Of a stretch of DNA of 64,000 bases, positions 62,723-64,000 are shown piece after piece. The notes under the pieces were generated by a model. The model worked only from the letters and a program-made list of their open reading frames with translations. It was not told where the DNA came from and did not search any database. Source of the DNA: Malacoraja senta (Eukaryota); the NCBI GenBank assembly GCA_038087875.1, contig CM075993.1, positions 6,884,001-6,948,000 on the forward strand, given 5' to 3'. The translations under genes and the position numbers were made by a program. Positions within the stretch are counted from its first letter, which is position 1, and each line of letters opens with the position of its first letter.

Positions 62723-63773
62723 CTGAAGTGTCTGACGCATGCATGATATACTACAGCTATTTTTAAATTGATGTTACAGGTTTTCACCTATTGTTAAAAG
62801 TGAAGCTCATTCTCACGATCTGTGGTCACGACCAGTGAAGTAATAGTTGCAAGGAATTAAATGGTAATAAACATAGTGGGAAGCATCAGGGCTGCACTCA
62901 ATTCTGAAGTCGTTGTAAAAGCATCTGTGAGACCATTTGATAATACTTTAATGCAACAGAGAGACTTACATTAATAAAGCATCTTTTAAAACTTAAGGAT
63001 GTCCCAAACTACTCTGAAGCAAATGAAGTACTTCTTGAAAGTCAGCAGGTGAGGCAGCATCTATGGAGCGAAGGAATAGGTGACGTCACCATTATATTCA
63101 AAGACCTGTGGTAACTAATTTGCACATGGCAAGGTTACACCAACCATAATGTGCCAAAAGCCCGTTAATCTAATTTGGTGTAGGAAGGAACTGTAGATGC
63201 TGGTTTACACCAAAGGTGGATACAAAATGCTGGAGTAGCTCAGCGGGGCAGGCAGCATCTTTGGAAAAAAGGAATAGGTGACTTTTCAGGTCGAGACCCT
63301 TCTTCAGATGAAGAGTCAGGGGATAGGGTAACTAGAGGTATGAAAAGATACAGAACAGATCTGACTGAAACTCGAATTAAGGATTAGATGAAAAGTTATA
63401 TTTTAAAATTTACGAATTTATCTCCAATGTTGTACTTTTAGTAATTTACTCTTCTTCTTTATCATGGTTTTTTTTCCCTTCTTTCTTTTATTCTCTTATT
63501 TTCTACCTATATAAAAAAAATAAAAAAATACTAGAAGCAGAGTTAATATCAATCGATAATATTAGTAATGTAGGAATGAAATGTTTTCAATATAATATGT
63601 ACCTGCCTCTAATAAAAATATTATTAAAAAAAGAGGTGGCACCGATGACTAAAGAGCCCACAATGGTTTTGGTGAAGGGGTAAATGTTGGTAAACATTGC
63701 AAGTGTTTTAGTATTTAGTTTGAGAAGGAAAATAGTTCTTGATTTAAAGAGTCAATCTCTAAATGAGTAATAC

Positions 63774-63864
63774 AGTAATTTCTGATTTTGTGTCCAGATT
63801 TTGGATGTACAAACTTAAAAGACATTCAGATTTAGGGCCATCAGTGCCATAAAGTGAGTTGCAT
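63774..63864 (-). pseudogene. Remnant exon 1 in window
   Basis: Phase 1-2, ATHFMALMALNLNVF*VCTSKIWTQNQKL, one TAA, weak donor gtatta. Confidence 0.35.
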
Positions 63865-64000
63865 CTGCTCAATATTAAACAAAGGCTTGCTTCAGGTAGC
63901 ATACAACCAATGTGAATGCTACATAACTCGTTCATCATGAATGTGTATGTGTATAACTCCAAATGTTGTTTTCCAAATACAAGGAACATTTTCTAAATTA

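Larger units (their letters stand above)
16766..63864 (-). pseudogene. Multi-exon gene remnant (29 exons, about 900 codons), product unidentified; candidate unitary pseudogene
   Basis: Chain of AG...GT bounded non-repeat segments whose phases join into one frame with one frameshift. About 19 internal stops. AATAAA on the - strand at 16576-16581 and 16490-16495, downstream of the terminal TAA. Confidence 0.68.

Overview
Eukaryotic, repeat-rich genomic DNA. The repeat families suggest a cartilaginous fish, probably a skate or ray (inference). Two genes lie tail-to-tail. (1) On the + strand are the last four coding exons (7141-14993) of a MALT1-family paracaspase, most likely the non-mammalian paralogue PCASP3/malt3. 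Its last exon carries an apparent 1-nt insertion that puts the C-terminal TRAF6-binding motif PEENDE out of frame. (2) On the - strand I reconstructed by hand a multi-exon gene remnant of 29 GT-AG exons (about 2.7 kb, about 900 codons, 63864 down to 16766, probably continuing beyond the window). It keeps one reading frame across the junctions with a single frameshift but has about 19 internal stops, so it is a candidate unitary pseudogene of a protein I cannot name. The rest is a nested mosaic of CR1, Rex-Babar, RTE, L1 and Crack-like LINE pieces, tRNA-derived V-SINE/HE1-like SINEs, Penelope-like fragments carrying minimal hammerhead motifs and fold-back hairpins, and several MITEs. Most ORFs in the supplied track are repeat-derived. 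No database searches were run, so family names rest on recalled motifs; repeat boundaries are approximate.
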